DNA of 64,000 bases from Neodothiora populina (Eukaryota). The stretch is from assembly GCF_041146345.1 (NCBI RefSeq), contig NW_027191406.1, forward strand, positions 1,426,001 to 1,490,000, written 5' to 3'. Position numbers and translations under genes: made by a program. The notes beneath the pieces are model-generated. The model had not been told where the DNA came from and searched no databases. It saw only the letters and a program-made list of their open reading frames with translations. Below, piece by piece: positions 1 to 10,003 of the stretch (position 1 is the first letter of the stretch; every line of letters starts with the position of its first letter).

Positions 1-388
1 GACGGAATTGCTGGTTGGCTGGATGATTCTGTTTATGTTTCAAAGACACACGAACGGGCGCGCGTCAACAACAAGCGATAAGGTACAGTAGGTAGACCCT
101 TGGTTTTTATAATTGACAAAAGAGCTCTACACTAGTCGGGTCCAAGGATTGCGGAGAGATATGCAGAAACACGGACAGACGAGAGGAACATCAGATAAGA
201 TGATCAATGACCAAGGGTCCACCGAGGACATCGAGCAACTCCATGATGTCAAGAACGACAGTGATCCAAATGCAAAGAGGCGATATCTGATATCTGTATA
301 TCTTACATAGCAGCACTCCCTAATCACCATCCATACTCTACATATCACCGGAAGCAAAGACTATCTCACCAACAACCTCAAGAACAAT

Positions 389-829
389 ATGACAAAAATG
401 TCCTCGGCGACGAAAGCAGTAAAGCCGCTCGAGAGATTCACACAAGCCATGGGCAAATGCGGTCTAGAAGTCAGTTTTGCCTGCCCTTGTCTCCTCTTCC
501 CCGCCCTCGTCTCCTGAGACAACCCAAGCTCCTCCTCGAGGCTACATGTATATACAAGGAAATCAAGACTAAAGCAGAAGTGAACAAAACAGGGCGCAGC
601 GTACGGCAAATGCATAGCGGCCGACTATCAGAACGTGCGAAAGGACATGTGCAAGAACGAGTTCATGAAGTTGAAGAATTGCTATCTCGTATGTTTCGTC
701 TATCTGCCTTTTTGTCCTTTTTGCTTCTTCGTTTATTCATCTGCCTGACTTTTGACCGGTTGTGATTTATTTTCTATTGCTTTTGCTGATCTTGGCGGTT
801 TACAGGCTGCTGCTGGGCGGCAACGATGA
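389..829 (+). CDS. Small twin-CX9C mitochondrial protein, NDUFAF8-like (complex I assembly factor), 66 aa, 3 exons
   Basis: Exons 389-469, 593-688, 806-829. Introns GTCAGT..CAG (470-592) and GTATGT..GCTGAT..CAG (689-805). Spliced product MTKMSSATKAVKPLERFTQAMGKCGLEGAAYGKCIAADYQNVRKDMCKNEFMKLKNCYLAAAGRQR has two exact C-X9-C motifs and the AAYGKC...KDMC..EF..L..C pattern. Absent from the ORF track. Confidence 0.85.
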
Positions 830-1197
830 TTGCATTCACTCTTTCTGCCTCTTTATTTTTGTCTCTATGACTAGCTGAAATAGTGAGAGGGAGGAAAGGA
901 ATGGAGAAAGACGGAGAAAGATTCTATAACAAGTCATCGAGTCTTCATGTCGTGTCGTGTCGACCTCGAAGGCCTTTGTTGCGACGATCAATGTGCAGAC
1001 ATACGATGCACAGGATATATAGATTGTGTGGGATTCTGACGACAACAAAAACACTTTTCATCATTTCATCTTTATTCTCTCTTTTTGTCTTGTTTGATCC
1101 CGTGTATATAGGTCGTTGCACCTTCTATGCAAGATATCTCGTCTCTAGAGAAGCTAGAAAATAAGGAAACAAGAGAAAGAAGTCGCAGAAAAGACAT

Positions 1198-4100
1198 CTA
1201 GAGCTTGACGAGTTTCAGCAACACGGTCAAATCCCTGACCTCGGCCTCTTCCTCGGCCGTCACGTCACCAGCAGAACCATCCTCCTTGACCACCTCCTTG
1301 GCAGCCTTGTCGAACATGGCCTTTTGATCGGCAAACATCTTCTCTACCTCGTCCGCGTTGCCCTTGGTGACGCTGTAAGTGACCCTGACATCATCCGTGG
1401 GGATCAGACCGGCCTTCTTGCGCAGTCGCTGCACGCGGTTCAGGAATTCTCTGGCGAGTCCCTCCTGGGCGAGTTCCGGATATGCGAAACTGTCGAGAAT
1501 GACAAGGCAGTTGTCGTCGACCGCGACCTCGTAGTTCTTGGTCTCGGGCGTCTGCTTGATGCCGCGTTGTACGCGGAGGTCCTCGGCCGACAGCTGGCAG
1601 CCTTCGACGGTGATGCTGCCCGTCTCGAGGAAAGCCTTGATCTCCGACGCCGGCAGGTTGGGAAGTGCCTTTTTGACCTTGGCGGCGTCCTTCTTGAACT
1701 TCATACCCAAGTTCTTGACGTCTGCGAGAACAGAGTACTCGACTCCGTATTTCTGCTCGTCGGAACTCAGGACAAGATCGCGAATGTTGAGCTCTTCCTT
1801 GACGTATCCTTCTAGCGACTTGACGTCGGCGAGGTATTCGGGGTCCGAGTGGATGACGATCACCTCCTTGAGTGGTGTCTTGAGGGAGATGGTACGTCTG
1901 TCACGGCAGAGACGGCCCTGCTCGATGACGGTCTGCATGCGCTTGACGCGTCTCTCGACCACCTCGTCGAAAAGCTCCTCTCGCACTTCTGGGTAGGACA
2001 AAAAGTGCACGGAACGCATATCCTCGCTGTGCATGGCCGCAGGAATGTGCTTGACGATGCGCTGGAAGATGTTGTCGGTGATGAACGGCACGAAAGGTGC
2101 GAGTCCTCTGACAGTGGTGTACAGGACCTCGAACAATGTGTTAAGTGCGTGCACGGCCTCGTCCTTGCCAGACTCTCCCTTGAGACGTCGTCGGTTGAAA
2201 CGAATGTACCAGTTGGTGGTGTTGTCAATGAGCTCTAGAAGACGCGGCACGACCGTGTACAGTCTGTAGACGTCCATCTCCTGGTTCACAAACTTCAAGA
2301 GCGACTGGCAAGAAGCAAGGATCCAGCGGTCCATGACGTTGGTGTTGGTCTTCTCGAGCGCGGGGTCGTACATGAAATCAAGGCCCTCGGTCTTCTTGAT
2401 CAGAGCAACCTGCTGCTCAAAGAAGTTGTAGCTGTTCCACAGCGGTAGAATGACGCTGGAAACAATCTGCTTGACACCTTGCTCGGCGAAGCGCAGAGGC
2501 TCGGCGCGCACGACGGGAGAGTTGATCATGTAGAGACGCAGTGGGTCGGAGCCGTACTTGTCCATGACCAGATTGGGATCCGGGTAGTTCTTCAACGACT
2601 TGGACATCTTCTTGCCGTCCTCGGCGAGCACGATGCCGTTGACGACACAGTTCTTGAAGGGAAGAGTGTTGAAAAGATGAGTTCCGAGAACAGACAGGGT
2701 GTAGAACCATCCGCGAGTCTGGTCGAGACCTTCTGCAATAAAGTTGGCGGGGAACTTGTCGTGGAAGGTGTCGGCGTTCTCGAAGGGGTAATGCGACTGG
2801 GCATAAGGCATGCTGCCAGACTCGAACCAACAGTCGAAAACCTCTTCGATGCGACGCAAGTCGCCCTTGCCCTGCTTGCTGGGGATGGTGATGCCATCAA
2901 CCTTGTCTCGGTGAAGATCATTGATCTCACCCTCGAAGCCGCTGAGCTCCTTCAGCTCGGCGATACTGCCGACGCAGACAATCTCCTTGAGATCGCTGCT
3001 GGCCCACAGAGGAATAGGGGTTCCCCAGAATCGGTTTCTCGAAACGTTCCAATCTCTCGCAGACGCTAGCCAGTTGTGGAAACGACCCTCCTTTACCATT
3101 GCAGGCACCCAGTGAGTCTTTTCCAGGTTCTCCAACAGCTGCGGCACGATGGTCTCGACCTTGATGAACCACGAGGGGACGGCGCGCTGGATGAGAGGAG
3201 TCTTCGAACGAGGGCAATGAGGATATCTATGGGTAATCTGGCTCGCCTTGACCAGTCTCCCGGTGCCTTTGAGGTAGTTGATGATGTTCTTGTCGGCCGC
3301 CTTGACGTGCTGACCCAAAAAGTCATGGACGGGCTCGATGAAGCAACCGGCGGCATCCAGAGGGTTCGGCGGAGATCTCTTCTCGTTGATGACGCCTGCC
3401 TTCCATGCAATCTGGTAATCGTCCTCACCGAAAGCCGGCGACTGGTGGACGATACCGACGCCCTCGTCATTCTTGACGTATGTGTCGTTCAACAGACGGA
3501 AACCGCAGTCCTTGAAGTCGTCGTAGAAGTAGGTGAACAGCGGCTCGTACTTCCAGCCCAGCATCTCGCTGCCCTTGTATTTCGCCAGCACCTTGTACTT
3601 GGCCTTCTTGGGGTCCTTGTAGAGCATCTTGAGGCCGACCTCGAGCAGGATGTAGTTCTTTCCCGACTCTTCATCGTGGATCTTGAGGTACTCGAAATCA
3701 GGGTGGGCGCAGAGGGCGGTGTGAGAGGGAAGGGTCCAGGGAGTCGTCGTCCATGCGAGGAGGTTCGTCTGGGCATCTTGGAGAAGAGGAAAGGAAACAA
3801 TGACGGCGGGATCCTGCACGTCTCTGTAGTCTTCTTGTGCCTCACTCTTGCTCAGCGGCGTGTTGAGAGCTGTCGAGTAGGGAAGCACCTTGGCGCCGTG
3901 ATAGACAAGATCCTTGTCGAACAGCTGCTTGAACACCCACCAGCACGACTCCATGAAGCGCGGATCCATGGTCTTGTAATCGTTGTCGAAGTCGATCCAT
4001 CGCCCGATTCTGCCCACCGTCTTCCTCCACTCGCCGGCATAAGTCAGCACCACCTCCCGACACATGCGGTTGTATTCTGCAATTCCAATCTTCTCGACTG

Positions 4101-4413
4101 CTGCCTTGCCCCGTACACCGTGCTCTGCCTGCAGTTTGTTGTCGATGATCTGCTCAATGGGCACACCGTGCGTGTCCCATCCGAATCGTCTCTCGACATG
4201 GTGGCCCTTCATGGACCAGTAGCGGGGGATGATGTCTTTGATGGTCGAAGCGAGGAGATGGCCGTAGTGGGGAGTGCCTGTGGCGAATGGCGGACCGTCG
4301 TAAAAGGTGTATGGCTGCTTGCCCTTGGTCAATTCGAGCTGGCGCTGGAAGGCGTTGATTTCCGTCCACTGCGCCAGGATGCGCTCCTCCTCTTGCGGGA
4401 AGTTGACCGCCAT
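1198..4413 (-). CDS. ILS1: Cytosolic isoleucyl-tRNA synthetase (class I), 1071 aa, intronless
   Basis: DGPPFATGTPHYGH (HIGH-equivalent), WTTTPWTLP, DWNVSRNRFWGTPIP, EGLDQTRGWFY and KMSKS motifs. Confidence 0.98.
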   Translation of the reverse strand: MAVNFPQEEERILAQWTEINAFQRQLELTKGKQPYTFYDGPPFATGTPHYGHLLASTIKDIIPRYWSMKGHHVERRFGWDTHGVPIEQIIDNKLQAEHGVRGKAAVEKIGIAEYNRMCREVVLTYAGEWRKTVGRIGRWIDFDNDYKTMDPRFMESCWWVFKQLFDKDLVYHGAKVLPYSTALNTPLSKSEAQEDYRDVQDPAVIVSFPLLQDAQTNLLAWTTTPWTLPSHTALCAHPDFEYLKIHDEESGKNYILLEVGLKMLYKDPKKAKYKVLAKYKGSEMLGWKYEPLFTYFYDDFKDCGFRLLNDTYVKNDEGVGIVHQSPAFGEDDYQIAWKAGVINEKRSPPNPLDAAGCFIEPVHDFLGQHVKAADKNIINYLKGTGRLVKASQITHRYPHCPRSKTPLIQRAVPSWFIKVETIVPQLLENLEKTHWVPAMVKEGRFHNWLASARDWNVSRNRFWGTPIPLWASSDLKEIVCVGSIAELKELSGFEGEINDLHRDKVDGITIPSKQGKGDLRRIEEVFDCWFESGSMPYAQSHYPFENADTFHDKFPANFIAEGLDQTRGWFYTLSVLGTHLFNTLPFKNCVVNGIVLAEDGKKMSKSLKNYPDPNLVMDKYGSDPLRLYMINSPVVRAEPLRFAEQGVKQIVSSVILPLWNSYNFFEQQVALIKKTEGLDFMYDPALEKTNTNVMDRWILASCQSLLKFVNQEMDVYRLYTVVPRLLELIDNTTNWYIRFNRRRLKGESGKDEAVHALNTLFEVLYTTVRGLAPFVPFITDNIFQRIVKHIPAAMHSEDMRSVHFLSYPEVREELFDEVVERRVKRMQTVIEQGRLCRDRRTISLKTPLKEVIVIHSDPEYLADVKSLEGYVKEELNIRDLVLSSDEQKYGVEYSVLADVKNLGMKFKKDAAKVKKALPNLPASEIKAFLETGSITVEGCQLSAEDLRVQRGIKQTPETKNYEVAVDDNCLVILDSFAYPELAQEGLAREFLNRVQRLRKKAGLIPTDDVRVTYSVTKGNADEVEKMFADQKAMFDKAAKEVVKEDGSAGDVTAEEEAEVRDLTVLLKLVKL

Positions 4414-4881
4414 GATTGCTGTCTTTTGTGTTCTTCCGACAACCAGGAAGACAAAGCAAGGAGCTGTGACGGGGGGTTGAGATGAGCGGATGGCAGGTCC
4501 AAGGTGAGATAAATTGCTGGTGACTCAGAATTTGTGGCAGCCAACATTCGATGCCAAGACTTTTGATATGGAGGGAGGAAGGAGGGGAGGGGCAATAATT
4601 ATTTTGGACGGGAAGGTGCACCGAATGCGGGCGCTAACTCCACCACCACCACCCAATCTCTAAGATTGGTCATACTAGCGGCTATCCGGCCTCTGGGAAA
4701 CAGAGCCATGGGCTGTTAGATACAGTTTCCCGCTCTAGCCACAATCTGCTCCAGCGCTACCGCAGGAAGTGAGGGGGGCGACTTGTCTTGCAATAGAATA
4801 GCAGTGCACCATCTCATCCGTCCTCTTATTCAAAATCACAGCGATAGATATAATCCCAGCAGACAGAAAGATAGTATCACA

Positions 4882-5522
4882 ATGCATCATCCTACAGACC
4901 ACTCACCTTCCCTGCCTCCCCCTACCGCCTCCAGTCCCCAGATCCAAACCTTCATCTCCAAAGTCCTGCTGCACACCCTTGTAATCACCCGGGAAGAAGC
5001 AACCAGCATATCCACCGCCTGGCCTCGCGACGCTCCCAGCACCGATCTATGGGACTTTGACCTTCGGCGATATCATCAAGTCTTCGGGATGGCCCACGGA
5101 ACGGTGCTGTGGAAGTATATCCATGGGGTGACAAACGACGATAGACTGTTGTTGGACCACGTGCAGAAGAGATTGTCGTGGGCTGCGACTTGTATGTCTT
5201 TCTCCATCTACCAGAGCATCAAGTTTCTACGTTTCTCTAGGAACCCCCTCCGATAGCTTGATCTTTACTTTCCTGCTCACATGCTGCAGATGTCATACTG
5301 GTCCTTCTGGGTGCCCTTGCACTCGCCACGGCAATCCTGGCTGTAGCTCAGCTTCCCAAACTCGGATGGGCGGCGGGCACGAGTGGATGGTTCGTTGCCT
5401 TTGCGGTTTGGCTTTATTGGGAGCAGACGCAGGTTCGGGGGGTGCAGGATCGTCCCGAGGGAAATCTCGCTAAAAGATCCGTTGGTGGTTTGGAGGGGTC
5501 ATGGGAACGTTTGTGTCTTTGA
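4882..5522 (+). CDS. Hypothetical ~180 aa protein with two predicted C-terminal TM helices, 2 exons
   Basis: Exons 4882-5191 and 5290-5522. Intron GTATGT..GCTCAC..CAG (5192-5289). Splicing joins to a hydrophobic frame YVILVLLGALALATAILAVAQL..GWFVAFAVWLYW, which ends at TGA 5520-5522. Confidence 0.7.
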
Positions 5523-5699
5523 GTGGAAGATGTGTGGAAGTTGGGGTTTACGTTGGATATCACTCTACCGCGACGAAGAAATCAGGGCGCCAGAGCATTG
5601 TATCGATACTTTTGCAGGGACCATTCGAGTCCTGTTGTACTTTTTACATACACGCATGAATGACTTTTGAACGAGGCAAAAAGAAGTAAGAGTACGTCC

Positions 5700-8600
5700 T
5701 CAATCAACGTCCTCGTTGTCCTCGTCGTCCTCGTCGTCTTCATCTTCATCCCCGTCTTCGTCATCGTCATCGTCCTCGTCGTCGCTCACCTCCTCACCCA
5801 ACTTCTTGAGCCGCTCGCGGTACGTCTCCTGCTTGCCCTCGAGATCCGCCAGCACCATCAGGAGATCTTCCAGCTCTGAACGAGCCTTCTTCGTCTCTTC
5901 CTTTTCTTTGTCCATTTCTGCCTTGGCGGCGGCAAGGTCCTTTTCCAGTTGAGCTGTCTTTTTTGAATCGTCTGCTTTGCCGCCTGAGCCGCCCTTGCTG
6001 TTGTTCTTGGTTGACTGTTGTTGCTGTTGTTGCTGTTGTGCCTTTTTGAGATGGGCCTCGAGTTTGCTCTGTGTATTTTTGGCCTTCTTGAGGTCAGCTT
6101 CGGCGGATGCCTGACTGACCTTTGCTTGCTTAATCTCGGCTTCCAGCTTGGCGAGTTTGTCCGTCGCCTCTTTCAGCTCGGCCTTGGGCTTGTCAGAGCC
6201 AAGCTTGGCTTTTTCTAGTTCTGCTTCGAGCTCGCCGTAGCCTTTACGCTCGGCTTCGAGTTCAGTCTTGAGGGCTTCAGCGTCCTTTTCGAGGTCGCTG
6301 ATCTTCGATTCAAGAGTCTCCTTTTCTGCTTGATACTGGTCCTTGTCTTCGGTAAGACTCTTGATTCGACTCTCTCGCTGCTTGCCCTCTTCTTCCAAAG
6401 CCTTGACCCGCGCCATTGCCTTTGTGTTGACCTCTTGCAGACCGTCCTGGAGTTTCTTCGATTGCTGGACCTCTTTCTCTAGCTTCTCCATCATCTTCTT
6501 CGCCTCATCGTACTCGCTCTGCAGCTTGTCGAAGGCCGTTCTCGTGGTTTGATGGTCCTGCTTGAGACCCTTGGTGGCCTTTTCGTGGTCTTGCAGTGCG
6601 TCCTCTCGTTGCCTGATGGTTGCCTCGTGCTGTTGTAGCTTGGCTTCGAGCTCAGCGATCGCTTTGGTGCTCTCTTCCTTGCTCTGTTCCATAGCGAGAC
6701 GATGTTCCTCCGTGGCCTTTGCCAACGCCTCTCGCTGTTCACTTGCTGCCTTTTCGACAGCAAGACTGAGTTCACGAGCAGCCTGTTCGGCGGCCTTGCG
6801 AGCCTTGTCTTCCCACAATGATCTTTCGCTGGCGAGAGAAGCGCCCTGTGCACCCTTCAGCCTTTCAAGTTCCCGTGCATGGTTTTGCTGCATCGTCTCA
6901 TTCTGCGTGCGCGCCTCGAGACGGGTTTGAGCGATTTGACTTCGGAGCTCGCCCTGGACACGCTGCATCTCAGCCTCGTGATCACGTTGCAAGGCCTCAT
7001 TCACGCGCTTGATACGCTCTAGCTCTCCTTCTAAACCTCGCTGTGATGATTGTAAGCTCTGGACCTCTCGTCTTTGTTCTGCTGCAGTTGAATCTGCTCT
7101 TCGACGTGCGCTTAGAGTGGCATTCTCCATTTCCTGCAGCTTTTCATCCTTTGTCTTGATCTGTTCTCGGAGATCATCGAGAATGTCGCGGTCGACCTCG
7201 ACTTCTGATTTTCTGATCACTTCTATTCCGGGGTCGCGGTCGATGGCGCGCTTGAGCCGTCCGTACTCGTCCTTGAACCATTCAACAAAAGCGGCATCAA
7301 GCAATACTGAGATCAGCTCGGCCTCAGGCGCTCCTGACTGGGTGATAAGCTCGAAGTCTCTGATATCTGGATGTGATCGGAATTGTGTCAGAGCCTCGAA
7401 GTATTTTGGTCGACCGAGCTTGGAGAGCAAAAGAGGATGGAGTGTTCGGCGAGAGATGGGACTGTCCTTTGTGCTGAACTCGTAGATTGTTCCTAGAAGC
7501 ATAGCGCATAGTCCAGGCAGGAGAGACCTGAGTGGGTCTGCAGACACCTGCGAGTCGCCGCACAAGAGAGTAGTGGTAATGAGCACACCAACCAAGGATG
7601 ATCCTTCTGCGAGGCAATCATTTATAGCTTGAGGGTCGTCGAAGAGAAAGGTGATGAGCAACACGAGGTAAGCAATGGATACCTGTGGATCAAAGTCGTT
7701 CTGCAGACATGCCAAAAGATGGCCAGAAAGCATTTGTGTGGCGGTCACGACATCCTCGCCCTTCTCGGCGTCACCTTCCTGCACGCTCATAAGCATGGCT
7801 TTGGCTTCAGCTTCATCGTAAAGCAGCTGTGATGCTATATCACTAGCGAGGGCAAACCTCAAGGGATCGGTAGCGGCTGGACCCTGGGGTCCCGTCATAA
7901 GAGTACTCAGAATGTTAGTATTCTCATCCTCGCCTTCCGTGTAGCCGGCGATGGCTCTCTGCAAAAAGTGTAGCTTTATTCTCTGGTGGCCAGCAAAGTA
8001 AGCTTTGATCAGTGCGCATGCCGACGCGCGCAGCTCAAGCGGTCGCATAGGAAACGACACCAGCACCAGGTCGAGTAATGCTTCGATGACATACGCCGCT
8101 CTAGTCATGTTGCCTTTCAGTGTTCCATTGGTAGCTGGTTGTGGCTCCACTGGTAAGGGCACCTGCAGCGCGGCGAAACTCTCCTGTAACGGAGTATTGT
8201 TGATGATCATGTCCGCGCACGTTTTGAGAGCATTCGTCCGAATCATCGGAGGAGCATCGATGTCGAATGCGAGTCTAAGTACCATTTGTACAAGTCCAGC
8301 CCGCCAAAAGACATCCTGATTCTGTTTTGTGCCAACCTCACCCTTCTCGAGGAACAATCGAAGAACAGCGAGTAGACCCCAGGAGTTCTTCTCCCTGTTC
8401 GCACGACTAAACTCGTTCTCATCAACAGGCACAGTGACACTCTGCTGGACCGCTTCAACGAGACGGGGGATGCAGCCAGTTTCTCTGAACAATGACTGGT
8501 TCGAGGCACTGTGTTTGATCAAGTTGGCGAGAAAAGCCAGGCAGTCCTGAACAACAATGCCACCTTCGGCGAGTCCACCTTCGGCCTGAATGAGGTTCAA

Positions 8601-9299
8601 GGTGCGCTGAAATGCATCTTCAAAGGCGATGAGTTTCTGTAGCTCAGTCTGCGAGACAGTAGTCAGGTCGACCAGAAGGACGAGCGCCGCGTTGCGCACA
8701 GCATCCCTCGTGTCATCAAGCACGCCAACCAGTCGTGCTGTGCCGAGAGGCGCCTGCAGAATACATTCCTGCGTTCTCTCCGGTCGCGAAGAGGAGATGG
8801 CGGTGAGCAATTGGATCGAGTATATGCGTGAATAGTAGTCGGGCTGGTCTAGCAGATCGAGAAGGATGGTTATGTTATCTTGACGCTACGCCTTAGCTCA
8901 GTCTCAACAACACCACAAGCAAAAGAATCGAACAGCAGCAGGACTTGGACTACGTACCTGACTGAACTCATCGGCCAACCACAAAGCGATATCCTCGCTT
9001 GCCTCGGGGCTGTTCTGGTCGGGGTTGAAGAGCATGAGGAGGGTCTCAAGGACCAGCCTGACTGTGTCAACGTCTCCTCCCTCTCCATCTTCTCTTCCCA
9101 GTCCGAGTCCGTCTGTTCTGAGACAACCGATAAGATCTCTCAGAGAACCACTGGCTACAGAGGCCGGATACTGTTTGGCAAAGGACCGTAGACCCAAGAT
9201 GGAAGCACGACGGTCTTCCAGTAATGTCGCCGACGCCAGGCGAGAGGATAACGTCGAGATAGTATCCCCAGCGGTCTGCCTGACAGGCGCTTTGAGCAT
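5700..9299 (-). CDS. USO1: Uso1/p115 ER-Golgi vesicle tethering protein, 2 exons
   Basis: Exon 9299-8958 (TISTLSSRLASATLLEDRRASILGLRSF...WLADEFSQ), intron 8957-8886 (GTACGT..TAG), exon 8885-5700 (RQDNITILLDLL, armadillo head, long coiled coil, ELEDLLMVLADLE, acidic tail). Confidence 0.95.
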
Positions 9300-10003
9300 C
9301 GTTGAGGTTGCTACTCGAGGCTCTTGGATGATCAAAAGGTGTCGTTATCAGTGAGTATCCATCTCCAAATCGACTGCCGAGGTGATTCCCGAGGATGAAT
9401 GATCGTTGTAGGATCTATGGGCTTCTCGCGACAGGCCCTCAATTCGATCTAAATCAAAGCAAGGTGTGTCGTGGTGAGTTGATGGTCAAGGTCAGGGTGC
9501 ATCTTTGGGACATGTGTTTGTTCCATTCCACAAAAATACTGAACAGTATTGAAACCTATATTCTTGCCGTTCTGGGACTAGCGCTGATCTGCTGCAGTTT
9601 CATCCACAGGGCAGCTGCGGCATTCGTCCGTGCGCGTCTTGGCGTTGTCGCAACTTCTCTGATCCTGCATCTTGTTGCGTTCCTTCTCGCAAAGACTGTG
9701 CCTTGTCCAGCACCGTACCGTACGTTCTTCTGGCCCTTGACATTGCAACTGTCGGGGAGCCATTGTGTGACCAAAGAAGTTCCTGATTCTTTCGGTCGTG
9801 TTCTGGTCGAAAAAGACTTGTTCGGACAAGTCGTAGCTCATTCTCCCAGGTCAAGACATCAGCATCATCACCGTCAACCCCGTTCAGCACTCGCCACTTC
9901 CGTTGCCTGTGCCTGTGCTACAAGATTTGCTTCCCTTGCATCTCCACCCGTCTGTCTTTCAAGTCCAAAAAGACTATACTAGTGTTCTTCCCTCTAGCTT
10001 GCC

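Noticed and set aside
3076..4485. 469-aa + strand ORF and many other long antisense ORFs over ILS1, USO1, MSS116, TOP2, RTN1 and AA9
   Set aside because: Antisense shadows of GC3-biased coding sequence, with no motifs of their own.
9395..9982. 195-aa (+) and 87-aa (-) ORFs between USO1 and RAT1
   Set aside because: No motifs, and they fill a short divergent promoter/leader region.
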